Shown piece by piece: positions 12,100 through 24,330 of a stretch of DNA of 64,000 bases (the first letter of the stretch is position 1; every line of letters starts with the position of its first letter). This DNA comes from Vicugna vicugna. Lineage: Eukaryota. Below the pieces are notes generated by a model, which did not search any database, was not told the origin of the DNA, and was given only the letters and a program-made list of their open reading frames with translations. The DNA lies in the NCBI GenBank assembly GCA_013265495.1, contig MU061560.1:930001-994000 (forward strand), given 5' to 3'. Both the position numbers and the translations under genes were made by a program.

Positions 12100-12593
12100 T
12101 GTCAACTGAAATAAACACGCAGCCTAAAAGTTAAGAGGTATGTTTTCTTTGGCGGGAGGACTTGAGCCGGGATGACGGCCTCTCAGATGGCTCTGAGGGG
12201 CTGCTCCGAAGAGGTAGGGGAGGAGCTAGGATATATAGGAGCTTTACAACACAGACCAGGTAGTGGGAACAATAAAAGAGTGCTTGTTATTAAAAGAAAA
12301 CCAGGCATCTCAAGTTCAAGCATTTAGCGCTTTTCTCTGTATGGGAGGAAGCAAACATTTGGGCTCATTGAATTCATTCCTTTGACAAGCACCTGGCTAC
12401 CTAGGGCCAGTGTGCTGTCCTTTCTTATTCTAAGTCCCCTCAGGGTGTACCGTTGTGAGTGGCTGCAGAGGCTGGGCTGCAGGCCTGTCCCCACTAGAGG
12501 GTGGCGGCAGCCACTGATGACTTGGTTTCAGCATTCTTTGTTTACTGACTTGGTTGCAGTATTTTCACTCACACTGGAGTATTTTCGTTCACA
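12100..12593 (-). mobile_element. ERV1 solo LTR, copy B (same family as copy A)
   Basis: tgtc...caca termini with TSD aaac (12096-12099 / 12594-12597). Confidence 0.9.
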
Positions 12594-12856
12594 AAACCTA
12601 TAGTTTACCACCTTAAATCTTGCCTTTTAAAAACCTTTTCTGAAAATATATGCTCCATCTGACATTTTCATCATGTCCATACAGTTTTGCCCCCTTGGAA
12701 CGTTTGCTGTGCTCTTTGACAATTTTTTTTTGTGTTATTTTCCCTAACATATTTAAGTGCATATCTGCATTTATTTTTATTAGCTTTTGTACCATCACTG
12801 GAAGCTTTGTTATTCTGAAAATTTGTAAGAGATTTAAAATTAGTTCTAATTCTATG

Positions 12857-13499
12857 CATCATGGAAGGGAAAATTTCCCCCTCTACCCATCTTGGGTTCT
12901 TGTGGTTGGACTAATAGTAAAATTTGACACAAGAGAAATTAATAGGAGAAAAAGAAACAAATTTTAAAGCCTTTTATTTTTTGGTGGGGGGAGGTGATTA
13001 AGTTTATTTATTTATTCTTAGAGGAGGTACTGGGGATTGAACCCCAGACCTCATGCATGCTAAGCATGCGCTCTACCACTTGAAATGTACCCTCCCCTAG
13101 AAACAAATTTTAATTTATGTGCATGAAAGATTCAGAGAAATGGGGCTTGGAACAATAAATTTGTGAGTAATTGACAGTACAAAGAAACTTAGGTTTTGGG
13201 TGCTCAATCTAAACAGAATGTGGACTTGGAGTAGTCAATTAAAAAGTAAGAACATTTATTTATATAGGGTTTTTGGCTTCAATGTCCAATCTTTGGTGTT
13301 ATCACCAAACAAGGAAGGTGTCCTTCCACCTCCAGGGCAGGATGTGAACCTTTCACGTGGGAGATTATTTCCTATTTTCAAGGATGAAGAAAGGAGGGTT
13401 ACAGTGTCCCCCTTGTGCTGTTTCTTCAGTAACTTTAATTCAAAATAATCGATATACCATTGTGGCATATTTTGGGGTGACCTGCCCTGAGCCCCAACG
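12857..13499 (-). mobile_element. ERV1 solo LTR with nested SINE
   Basis: Homologous to the 10257 element; ends ggcatattttggggtgacctgccctgagccccaacg. Possible TSD tatg. Confidence 0.7.
12968..13098 (-). mobile_element. tRNA-derived SINE (Vic-1 type)
   Basis: SINE body with a perfect 15-bp TSD agaaacaaattttaa (12953-12967 / 13099-13113). Confidence 0.93.
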
Positions 13500-13639
13500 T
13501 ATGAATAGTTACAAGCAGTGCTTAGAATTATTGTAGGAGTAATGGTGATGCCAACCCCAGTAATGCCAAGGAGTAGTAACCCCAGCGCTGCTACAATAAT
13601 TGATGCTAGTCAGTATTTGTTGAGTGTAACGTTGCTCTA

Positions 13640-13965
13640 GATCCGCCATGTGCAGTGCAGCGGTCTCTAGTCACAGGCGGCTCCTTAGTACTTGAAATCA
13701 GGGTAAAGTGAATTGAGCTACACTCTAAGCGTAAAATACACATCAGGTATAAAAGGTATTGTAGGAAAGACGTAAAATATCTCAATAACTTTTTTATCTT
13801 GATTATTTGCTAAAATAATATTTTGGATACACTGGGTCAAAGAAGATATATAATTACAATTAATTTCCCCTTAATCTTTTTAAAAATGTAGCTACTAGAA
13901 TATTTACAATTACTTACGTGGTTTGCATTTGGGGCCAGCATTATATTTCTCTTGGACAGCCCTTG
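13640..13965. mobile_element. hAT-Charlie MITE (MER33-like)
   Basis: gtaaaatacacatcagg...gtaaaatatctcaataa...gtagctactagaatattt...cattatatttctcttggacagc. Confidence 0.75.
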
Positions 13966-14732
13966 TTTCTAGGACTTGCTGAGAACAGCTTTACACAAAC
14001 TGGCCTTCTTCAAACTCCACAAACTACTCTTGTGGGGTTGATATTATTACTATTCTTCCCATGTTACAGATGAGGAAACAAGTCCCACTGCAGCGAATCA
14101 GCAGTGGAGAAGAGATCTGTTCACTCTCTGGCTTAATTAAACAGAAGATTGGCTGTCAAGCAGAAGATTAGAAGTTGCTGTTAAGCTAAGGAGCGCGCAT
14201 TTGAGAATTTGCTTCCCTCTGTGCTTTTCCACGCCATACATGATGCCTGAAGTTGGATTCCTTATTCCTGTCAGTTTTGAAGATACAGACCTTTTTACAT
14301 AGGCGTGAACACACTAGCCAAGTGTATTATGTATACCAAAACGTACGCTGTACACTGCAATGTGTAATGTATAAAATAATGGGTTCAAATACAAGGCTAA
14401 GTAACGTACCTGGATTTAGAAGTTGTCCCACAGACTATATGGAAGGACCACTTTTAAATTCTACTCTAGCTGTTTGCTTTATTGTTAGAACCTAGTTGCT
14501 GTGTGGAGGAAAGTGTCTTGCCTACATCCTTGGGGTCCACTGGGATAAAACTTAGCATCAGGTGGGTCTCTAGCCTCCTCTGTTTCTAACTGGTGCTTGG
14601 AGTTCTCATTGCCCAAAAGACCCCTTGGTGGTGCTTCTTTATAATGAATTATATTAAGCTCTTTGGGTCTAACTTTAACAGTGACTCTGCCCGGCATTCC
14701 ATGAATGAGGCTTAGAGAAATCACATTTCAAT

Positions 14733-14866
14733 GATTTTTTTTGCTGTCGTTGGGGAAAAGTAGTTAGGTGTTTTATTATTTTATTTTTAGAGGTGGTACT
14801 GAGGATTGAACCCAGGACCTTGTGCATGCTAAGCACACGCTCTACCACTGAGCTACGCCCTCCCTC
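14733..14866 (-). mobile_element. tRNA-derived SINE (Vic-1 type)
   Basis: SINE body with TSD cacatttcaat (14722-14732 / 14867-14877). Confidence 0.93.
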
Positions 14867-15302
14867 CACATTTCAATTTTTCATAAAGTCATTTCTTTAG
14901 TTTATTCCTTAGTCAATGTTATCATGCCTCCAGCTGTCCCTTAAGGTGGAAGCATTCGGAGAATACTCCCTGAAGACTCTTGAATCCTTTCTGTTCTTTT
15001 ACCCTCAGGCTCCTAGCATAGCCACTGTTATATTCAGAGCCTGCAAGACTGTCTTCCTTTCCCTTTGTCCCGTATTCACCACTCTGAGTTTCAAGAGTGG
15101 CCTGATACTTGGTGAAATTATGAATCAACTTATGTATTATTAATATCACTGTATGCTGTTCTCCATTGTGTACTGGCTCTGTACTAATCCCTGGTCAGAA
15201 TGAACCTTTTTTTTTTTTAATATTTTACACTCAGTGTAGAGGTGTTTTGCAACTTCCTTTGGGAAGTGTTCTATTGATGCCAGTCCTATCCTAAGGTGCG
15301 TG

Positions 15303-15332
15303 TTTTAGTATATGTCCTGCTGAAGCGAGCAC
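15303..15332 (-). pseudogene. RNU6: 3'-truncated U6 snRNA retropseudogene (nt 1-30)
   Basis: Reverse complement gtgctcgcttcagcaggacatatactaaaa matches U6 GTGCTCGCTTCGGCAGCACATATACTAAAA at 28/30 and begins exactly at U6 nt 1. Confidence 0.9.
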
Positions 15333-15716
15333 AGGCACATGTGTTTTAAATGTTAATATTACAAAACAAAAGAGACCATGATGGTTTGTCGAAATTTTAT
15401 TTGAAGGAGCTTAGTAAGTTTTAAATAATATTTACCGTTATTTTTTCTTGGAATGCTTGTATTCTCTCAGTTAACCATGCGCAATTATACATATATATGC
15501 ATATATGTAATCCATAAAATATAAAATTTATTCTGAAAATTACAAAGGATATTTCCCAAGTTACACACAACATGTGGATACATACAACTAAATGACTCAG
15601 CACAAGCTTTATATGTAACACATAATGAAGCTGGCAATGAGTTGTTGACTTTTTATGTGTGTTTGTATGTGTATTGGTTCTCTAATAGCATATAAGGATA
15701 TTAAAAAGTAAAAGTT

Positions 15717-16371
15717 CTAGAAATAGACTTATCATGTGACCCAGCAATCCCACTCCTGGGCGTATATCCAGAAGGAACCTTAATTCAAAAAGACACCTAC
15801 ACCCCGATGTTCATAGCAGCACTGTTTACAGTAGCCAAGACATGGAAGCAGCCTGTATGTCCATCGACAGATGACTGGATAAGGAAGCTGTGGTATATTT
15901 GTTCAATGGAACACAACTCAGCCATAGAAAAGAATAAAATAATGCCATTTGCAGCAACATGGATGGAAATGGAGAATGTCATTCTAAGTGAAGTGAGCCA
16001 GAAGGAGGAAGAAAAATACCATATGATATCAATTATATGTGGAATCTAAAAAAAAAAAAAGACAAATGAACATATGTACAAAACAGAAGCAGACTCACAG
16101 ACATAGAAAACAAACTTATGGTTACCAGTGCGGGGAGGGGTGGGAAGGAATACATTGGGAGTTTGAGATTTGCTGATACTGACTACTATATATAAAGTAG
16201 ATAAACAAGTTTATGCTGTATAGCACAGGGAACTATACTCAATATTTCATAGTGGCTTATGGTGAAAAGAATATGGAAATGAATATATGTATGTTCATGG
16301 ATGACTGAAGCTTTGTGCTGTACAGCAGAAATTGACACAGCATTGTGAACTGACTATACTTCAATTTAAAA
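15717..16371 (+). mobile_element. 5'-truncated young L1
   Basis: ORF 15807-16049 MFIAALFTVAKTWKQP...WIRKLWYI is the ORF2 C-terminus; polyA follows. TSD aaaaagtaaaagtt (15703-15716) / aaaaagtgaaagtt (16372-16385). Confidence 0.95.
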
Positions 16372-16739
16372 AAAAAGTGAAAGTTGCTACAGAAAAAGAA
16401 GTAAGGGTAACAGCCATCAAGAGATAAGGAACGAGGGGCAATATGTACATTTGTAAGCAGATACTCCTGTCTACAAATTATTAGTTTACTGGGAAAAAAG
16501 TTAGCTTTACATTTTTATCATAATTTCTAAATAAACTATTACCAGCATTGTTGAATATTCCAAATTCTTAAACTTAAAAGATAAGGCACAATATTTCTTT
16601 ACTTGAAAGCTTATCTAATATTTTATACATTTAAGTTGGTACTATGTACTTCTGTAGATTTTTTGCAAGATACAGTACATATATGAGACAAAAATTAAAC
16701 TATTGGATTTCTTTCTAACACTTTAATTCCCTCTCTCTC

Positions 16740-16875
16740 TTTTAAAAGTTAAAATTTAATTGACACAATATTATGTCAACTTCAGGTGTACACCATAGGT
16801 GATTTGATATTTTTATACCCTACAAAATGATCACCACAATGTCTAGTTATCAAATGTCATTCACTACTATAATTA
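16740..16875 (-). mobile_element. L1 3' end fragment
   Basis: ttcaggtgtacaccatagg...aaaatgatcaccacaatgtctagtta. Confidence 0.6.
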
Positions 16876-18052
16876 ACCTTCTTGGTAATTCTTAAGTTTT
16901 AATAATTATTTGTAATATTTTTAGGACAATTTATGTAATAAGCACATATGTAGTAGCATTTTCTCTATGCCAGGTACTTTTCTAAGTACAATAAAAAATT
17001 TAATTCATGCTGTGATTAAAATATGTAAATATATATATCCTGGTGATTTGAACGAATTATTAAAAACTAACGTTCTTGGTTATAGATATACTTTATTAAT
17101 TATTTTTGTAATTAATATTTTTGTTGATTAAAAGGCAAGTAAGAAAAGAATGCAGCACTAACATTGAGTATATCTGAGAATCTGCTTATCTGTGAAACCA
17201 TCTGCTTATCCATTCATTCATCTGTCTGTCCATTTATTGATTGATTAATAATTTAGAATACTTTTTACTTCAAAATTTTTTTAATGGCTTGTGGTGCTTG
17301 AATACATAAAAAATGGATTAACCAAATGACAAGTATGATCAGAATTAATTTAGAAGAAGGAAAATATTTGTTCTGAGACCTATGGGGAGACAGTCATAGT
17401 GACAGCAAAGCCTTGCATTTATCTGTTCTCTTACCACAAAAGGGAAGAAACATGGGAGAATCATAATTTTTGTAAATTAATAATTCAAATATGAGTTTGC
17501 CTGGAAAACCTTTTCTTAATGCTAAATTTTTGATGGTTTCTTACATAAAGGATGCCAAGCCAAAACATGTTTCCTCTGTGAGAATTAGAATTTTCCGATG
17601 ACATTACATGGTAACTCTACACACAATTTTCCACTAGTAACTGTGCTAACATAATCCAGGTAGACTGTTTTACTAGATGCAGTTTTAATACATAGAAAGC
17701 TCACAGAACACTTGAAAAGTAGTCAGGACACTGATCCCATGGCTGCTTACACTCTCAAACTTCATTGCTTCCAGTGAACTTCAGTGAACCCTTGAGAGAA
17801 GTTAGTTTAAAGCCGGGCTTTCTTGCTGGCGATTATACTTGTTCCATTACTTAGGAGGAAGTCCATAACTTGCTTTTTCCTAGGTTTCATCTAATGAATT
17901 TAACCTTGGAACAATTTTCATTGACCCACTTATAAACATTTATTCAAAAAGATTTATGGAGCAATGATTATGACAGGCACCTTGCAAGGTACCAGGGGAT
18001 ACAGCTGTGAATTAGACCAACATGTCCTGCGATTTCCCAGCACAAACCATGT

Positions 18053-18100
18053 AGTGAGGTGGGAGTGAGGTAGGAGTGAGGTGGGAGTGAGGTGAGGTGG
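18053..18100 (+). repeat. 11-bp tandem repeat (agtgaggtggg) x~4
   Basis: Directly visible. Confidence 0.8.
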
Positions 18101-18938
18101 GTAATCAACAGAGATGGAAGCAAAGAAGCAAAAAGAAATTATGATTTGTGATACTTGCTTATAAAAACTAAACAAGATAAGAAATTCTGCATCCCAGGAG
18201 ACAATGTACTTTAAAACTTTGGGTGGGGGCAGATCAAGGACTGTGCCTTTGATGGAGGTGAGATATGAAATCTCAGCCTTATGCTGTATACACTGTGAAG
18301 GCTGAGAAAGAGCCAGCCATGCAAAGCAAAGAGGCAGAGAGAATATAATATGCAATGAAGGGTATCCAATGGACATGATCTCAGAAAGCAATGCATTTTG
18401 TGTATTTCAAACCAAATGGAGTCCCTGCTTATTGACAGTCCTGTGGAAAGAATTAAATTTCAACTTAGAAGGGGCAGACAACTTCAGACCCCCCAAAAGG
18501 GGAAAATTGGGATTTCTTCAGCACCTCTGGCTTCTAAATAAGGACACAGGGGACTCCTTTCTACACGCTCCTGAGGAGAATTTGTCCTCGCTTTTGTGTC
18601 CAGTTTTTGCCTAGATGTACTTCTCCCGTAAAGGCAGGATTCTTCTCTGGGGAGTGGTCACTGGGTGAATCTAGTTTTGGTGTCTAAGTTTCCTTTCCTC
18701 TCTACTCTTCCTGTTCCAATTGTGAATTTCCCCCCTCTCATACTGTCTAAATTAATTTGCTTTTTTTTTTTTTTTGCCCCAAGTATTAGCAGCCACACAG
18801 CTTTCTTGTATGGATGCAAGTAACTGGATGGAATTCAGTTATAGTCAAATGTCATCTTGCGGTGTAACCTGGTTTGATTGTTCACATGTTTCTTTCGAAT
18901 GCAGTCACTCTTAGGTCAGGTTTCCCTCTTACTCTGAA

Positions 18939-19292
18939 TTTTTTTTTAATTGGAGTATAGTTGGTTTACAATGTTGTGCTAAATTTTTGGTGTACAGCAT
19001 AGTGATTCAGTTATATACATATTTATATTCCTTTTCATATTCTTTTTCATAATAGGCTATTACAAGGCATTGAATATAGTTCCCTGTGCTATACAGTAAG
19101 ACTTTGTTGTTTATCTATTTTATGTAATATAAAATATCTACAAATCCCTAACTCCCAATTTATCCCTTCCCACACCTCCCTCCCCCCACCCCACCCCGCA
19201 CCCGGTAACCATAAGTCTGTTGTCTATGTCTGTGATTCTGTTTCTGTTTTGTAAATAAGTTCATTTGTGTCATTTTTGAGATTCCACATAAA
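18939..19292 (-). mobile_element. L1 3'UTR (5'-truncated)
   Basis: polyT followed by tatagttccctgtgctatacagta, ggtaaccataag and agattccacata. Confidence 0.9.
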
Positions 19293-20526
19293 TGCCTCAT
19301 TACCCCAAAGAAAAATAGCGTCACCTTTTATCAGCCCTCACGGCTTCCTCAGTCACTGGCAAGCAGGAACCACTCAATTGACCTGCTGTCCAAGTTCAAG
19401 TTACATCAGAAATGATAAAGGTTGTGGATGGCTGCAGCACCCATTTTGAAGACTTCAGAAAGAAGCAAAGGGAGAGAGAGCAGAATACATAATGAAAATT
19501 TATAGATGTACCTTCAGGTCAAGTTCAATTCTGCTACTTTAAAAGGTCTCCAAGTAAAGGGAGTCTAGCTGTGAACAGAAAGCTCTGGAGAAGCAAAATT
19601 AACATTGTTGGGAGAGAAAAACCTTCCCTCCCCCCTATAAAATTTTTTTTCTTGCATATAGGAAACACTCTTCCTCTGATGATATGGGCTGAAATCAGCA
19701 AATTTAATTGTAATATTTTTAACATACTAAGAGAAATCCAGTTTTTCCAAAACCAACCTAAAATTGGGTTCAATTATTAAGAATATGGACATCTTTTTCT
19801 CCAACCCTGATCTTTCATACAGACATTAGACAGAATTTCTGCTTGCAATTGTAGTAAAAAATAATGCTACTATTTTATTATTTATAAAAATAAAATTAAA
19901 TTATTCAACTTGGAATATATACATGTACATGTGCACACAAAAATAAGATACACTTACAATTTTAACTGCCATCTGCTCAGTTTCAACACCGTTAACTGCT
20001 CTAAGCTTACCTAAACATGCAAGAAAGTAGGGTGGGGGAACACATGTAAATTTCTCAGATTGGTGGCCTGGTTTCCTGGTCCGCACGGAGTGTGTATCGC
20101 TTCTCCCAATATGCATTTGGTTCAATAACCCCGGGTGCAGTTGTTTGCCTTGGTTCTGGCATGGCAGCCTTATCAAAGTATTTCCCCAGCTAATTGTTTT
20201 CTGCTCTGTGCATTTGGATCACAGTTCTTCTCCATGCAACCCAAACACTGAGGAGGCCATCAGCTAAGTCGCTGTGCTTCCCAACACCCATCCATCTTGG
20301 AAGGAACTTGAATAAATAATTACTGACTCAGTTTCTAAAAATCCTGATGATGATTACAGCTTCCAAGATGAAAGCTTGCCTTACTTTTCAGAGGAGAGAT
20401 TTATGATGATACAGCAGGAGAAATCTTCAGGAAGTAAAGATTGCTTCATAAAGTGACCTTTAGGTCACAAACTAGACTGATATCTTCAGGTACTCTTCTC
20501 AAACTGTGCAGTAATTTTGTTCATCT

Positions 20527-20978
20527 GGAGTTTGGGGTTTCAAATCCAAATGCTTGGAGAGGCCAGACAAGGAAAGAAAGAGAGAGAGGAGAAGAGAGAG
20601 AGAGAAAGAAGAAGGGGAAAGGGAAGACAAGAAGGAAGGAAGGAAGGAAGGAAGGAAGGGAGTAAGGAGGGAAGGGAGAAAGAAGGAAGAGGCCATGGTA
20701 GCACGATAGGGAGTGGTGGAGACTGTGGTGACCTGAGGTGCGCGCACTGCAGCTGAAAGAGGCAACCTTAGGTTAGCGTCCTTGATGACTGCCATGTAGG
20801 AATGTGACTGTTGACAGCTAAATGCCCTACTTTCAAAGGGAAATTGCAAACTCAGAATTTCATGTGAAATATCTTAATTTTTAAACACCAGTAACTAACG
20901 TTTTTGTTGTTGTTGTTCTTCTTATTTTAGTGAAAAAAAAATCCCTAAGCCATTAACTGCTAATTTGTACTCTCTGAG
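20527..20978. mobile_element. hAT-Charlie MITE (MER102-like) containing a (GGAA)n/(GA)n tract at 20570-20690
   Basis: caaatgcttggagaggccag, gactgtggtgacctg, ctgccatgtaggaatgtg and catgtgaaatatct match the recalled MER102. Confidence 0.6.
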
Positions 20979-22097
20979 TTAGAGAGTAGCGTTTGTTGAT
21001 CTTGCTTCTAGATTTAGTGATTGTTTATTTTGTTTTATTTTGGCACTAGTCCACCACTCTGGGGTCAAATGTCATAAAGATATTTCTGAATTTTTGTTAA
21101 ATGAAAAAGTCTAGAAGCTAGAATCAGGAAATACAGAAAAACTTAAAATCAGAAAATGATCAAAATTAAACAAATGGTTATTTTTGAAAGAGAAAAAAGT
21201 TTCTTCTATGGAATTTATATTCAAATTAGCATCATTTATTGATTCATTCATTGAGAATCTAGTATTGAGGAGCAGATCTCCTTGATAGGAGCCTTGTAAT
21301 GGAAATCAGGAGGTGATAACTTCTCACCTGCCAGTCATACCAAGGTGACCTTTATTCAGATCATATACATTGATGTTGAAATGCAAATCTCTATATGTAC
21401 TTTATTGAAATACTAATGATCAGAAGAAATGGCCTAAATTGTGTGGAAAGAATAGATACGGTAAAATTATAGAGGAGGATCATTATCAAAGAGTAAACAT
21501 CAGCAAATATGTATCAAGGAAAATTTTAAACTATAGGACTGAAATGTTTTATTTTAATTTATAAATTGTTTTATTTATGTATTTTCCTGAGGTACCAGTT
21601 CTGTAATAAGGAAAGCAGGATCTTTGAGCTCTTGGGAGCATTTATATGTGCTTCTAATTAAGTCAGTGCCTGCTCCTTGTCTTGTTTAGGCTATTAAATG
21701 CTATTTCCCAGACATGTATATTGTACCAAATTCTTTCATTTTTTTTAATGTTGTTAAACTAAAATTGAGAACATTTAGATTATTCATGTTTGGCTAACTG
21801 CAATAATTAATATTTTACAGTAAAATATTAGCATGAGAATATCTACAATATTTAAGAAATCATTATTTTTCTATTGTAAAAGAAGAAATCTTTGCATTTA
21901 AAAAGTCCTTCTGAACGTTACTGCTTTTGAACTGTTTTCAGCAACCATGTTCACTCTGATAAGGAGGTCCTTAGCCTCTTTTAATGCACATTGTTCTAAA
22001 GCCAAAAGAAATAGGGTATATGTGAGAGTGAATTTCAATCTAAAGTTTCATCAGAGTGATGGATACTCAATTAATGGTCTTATTCTCCTTTGAAACT

Positions 22098-22480
22098 GCC
22101 AGGAAGAGGAAAGTTTCTCTTCCCCATCCCTTCTTTCTGGGTCTTTTGCCTGGTCAAATAAATAAAATGACATAAAATAGATTAATAAAAGAGAATCAAA
22201 CTTAATTTCATATATATGGGAACCCCACACAAGAGAGGTTCAGAGACAGAAAGGTAAAATGAGGTGTATATGTCCATCCTTAGCAACAGAATGGGGTAGG
22301 CCCTAGCGGAGCAGGCAGGTCGCTAGTTATGAGCAGAGAAAGGGGCACATGGGCCAAATGGCAGAAAACCATACATCTTGTGAACAACAGGCGTCCTTGG
22401 ATAGACCAAGGGAAACAGGATCCTCTGGACTGATAATAAAAAATACTTTCTGGGTTGACAAATGTCCTGGAGACAGAAGA
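22098..22480 (-). mobile_element. ERV1 LTR fragment (related to 10257 and 12857)
   Basis: ggaaagtttctcttccccatccc...agattaataaaagagaatcaaa. Confidence 0.65.
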
Positions 22481-22481
22481 G

Positions 22482-22720
22482 TGAGACAAGACAGGAATCC
22501 CCACCATCCGAATGTAATCTTTTGTTCATTATGACCTCGTCCAACTTCCCAATCAAGATTGAATAAGGACAAAAAATCGCTTCTCCACACCCGGGAAGGT
22601 GGAGCTGGGATAAAGATCAGGAAAGATGACCCCGAACCCCTCCCTGCCAAGGAACATTCTGCTCATTCATTTTTACACCCATATAACGAGCTTGCCAAGG
22701 AAACTCGGGGCAGCTACCCA
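22482..22720 (+). mobile_element. ERV LTR U3 fragment, CpG-retaining
   Basis: Starts tgagacaagacagg, has a TATA-like catataac and several intact CpGs; truncated at its 3' side. Confidence 0.5.
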
Positions 22721-22734
22721 CGTGAGGAAACCGA

Positions 22735-22995
22735 ACCTAAAGTCTATTTTATTATAAAGTGTCGAATATTTTCTGTAGCTTATTGACTACTGTATGGGTA
22801 CAGAATGGTTGTAAGTGTATTGGTTGTTTCCCTTCGTGATCGTGATCGTGTGGCTGACGGGGAGCTGGACCACATGCTGGGGAAAAATTACACTGCAAAA
22901 TTCAAAGTATGATTTCTACTGAATATGTGTTGCTTCACATCACTGTAAAGTTGAAAAATTATAAGGTGATGCTTTGTAAATCAGGGACTGCCTGT
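22735..22995. mobile_element. TcMar-Tigger MITE, right half (MER82-like)
   Basis: cagaatggttgtaagtgtattggttgtttcccttcgtgatcg...ctactgaatatg...tcagggactgcctg followed by TA. Confidence 0.7.
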
Positions 22996-23369
22996 ATATA
23001 TTTTGTACATATGTAAACTCACAGAAACAGGTGCAATAACTATCCACCACGCCATTAACGGCACTTTCCTTTGAAGAAAAGAATGAACTTGGGGGTTGAG
23101 ATGACAGTATGTCAGGAAGTTTACTTTTACTATGTACACTTCTTTAAAAAAAGTATAAGCAAGAATGTATTTATATTTTATATCAGACATAGTGGCTTCC
23201 AAATTTGGGTTTATTATTTTCCATTTATTATATGAGGAGAAACATGACGTCAGTTTGTCCCATGACGGATGCTTCTCATTTGATCACTTGGTTAAGACGG
23301 TGTCTATGGTGTTCTTGCCAAATTTGCATGACATGAATATAATTATGAAGAGACATCACACATACCCAA

Positions 23370-23752
23370 TTGCTGGAGGAGGTCATTGAGAGACTGCCTG
23401 CTAGTTGACACCAGAGCTCAGCCTGGCAATCAACGGCTCTCCACCCCCTCCGCTGTCCTTGGAATATGCCTCCCCCCATCATTCCCACACTAGGAGCTAT
23501 TTCAAGGATGTAGTCTTGAGAGAGTAAGGTCTCATTGAGACCATCCAGACAGTATATGTGCCTGAACCCAGTGAAGGCTTTTATAAAAACTTTTAAGATT
23601 CTGGTGTGTGGGGTCAAGGAGCTCCTTCTTACAGCCACCCACATGTAAGTTCTTTTGCTCATTAAACTCGTCACCTACCAGTCTGGAATAATCTGCCTCT
23701 TTCTTCTATCTCTCTTGCCCTCCATGAATAGGAGTCAGTTTTCAAACCAACA
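23370..23752 (+). mobile_element. ERV solo LTR
   Basis: tg...aaca termini, TATA ttataaaa, polyA signal attaaa. Confidence 0.65.
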
Positions 23753-23856
23753 ACAATTTAGAGACTTAAAAAAAAAATCAGTGTGAAGAAATGCAAAAAA
23801 GGATGGTGGAACTGTTCCAGATTAAAGGAAACTAAAGATCCATAACAATGGAAATA

Positions 23857-24091
23857 CCGTTGACTCTTAAATAAGAGTAGGGGTTAGGGGTGTCAACCTT
23901 CCACGCAGTTGGAAATTTGAGAATAATTTATTGTCAACCCCTGTATCCATGGTTCCTTTGTGTACATGATTCCACATCTGTGAATTTAATCAGCTGAGGA
24001 CTGTGTAGTACTAGAGTACTTACTATTAAAAAAAAATCCACAGATAACTGGACCCATGTGGTTCAAACCCATGTTGTCCAAGGAGCAACTG
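23857..24091. mobile_element. TcMar-Tigger MITE (MER8/Tigger2-like)
   Basis: Imperfect TIRs ccgttgactcttaaataa / ttgtccaaggagcaactg with TA on both sides. Confidence 0.8.
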
Positions 24092-24143
24092 TAGAAGATC
24101 TGGGATTTTCTTTTGTAATTAAAGAACAATATTAGAATTGGAG

Positions 24144-24330
24144 ATGTTCAAGTAAGATTTTTAGGTTAAACATACTAATAAATAATGCTTGACTGGGGAC
24201 GACATTCTAGGTCACCCTTTCTTCCTTTTAAAATGTCAAAGTAAGGTTTGTAGATTAAACATACTAGCTAATGAATAATACTTGACTAGGTATAAAATAC
24301 CGGGGCCATCCTTTCTTCCTTTTAAAATTT
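24144..24330 (+). repeat. Diverged ~90-bp tandem duplication (2 units)
   Basis: aagtaag.ttt.tag.ttaaacatacta...aataat.cttgact.gg...tttcttccttttaaaat occurs twice. Confidence 0.85.

Noticed and set aside
10257..13499. LTR pairs as the two ends of a provirus
   Set aside because: Each has its own TSD or opposite orientation, and no gag/pol/env lies between them.
18053..18100. CRISPR-like or regularly spaced array
   Set aside because: Head-to-tail minisatellite with no spacers, in eukaryotic DNA.
20096..20106. U2 snRNA 5' match (atcgcttctc), also at ~22577
   Set aside because: Only 10 nt and does not extend.
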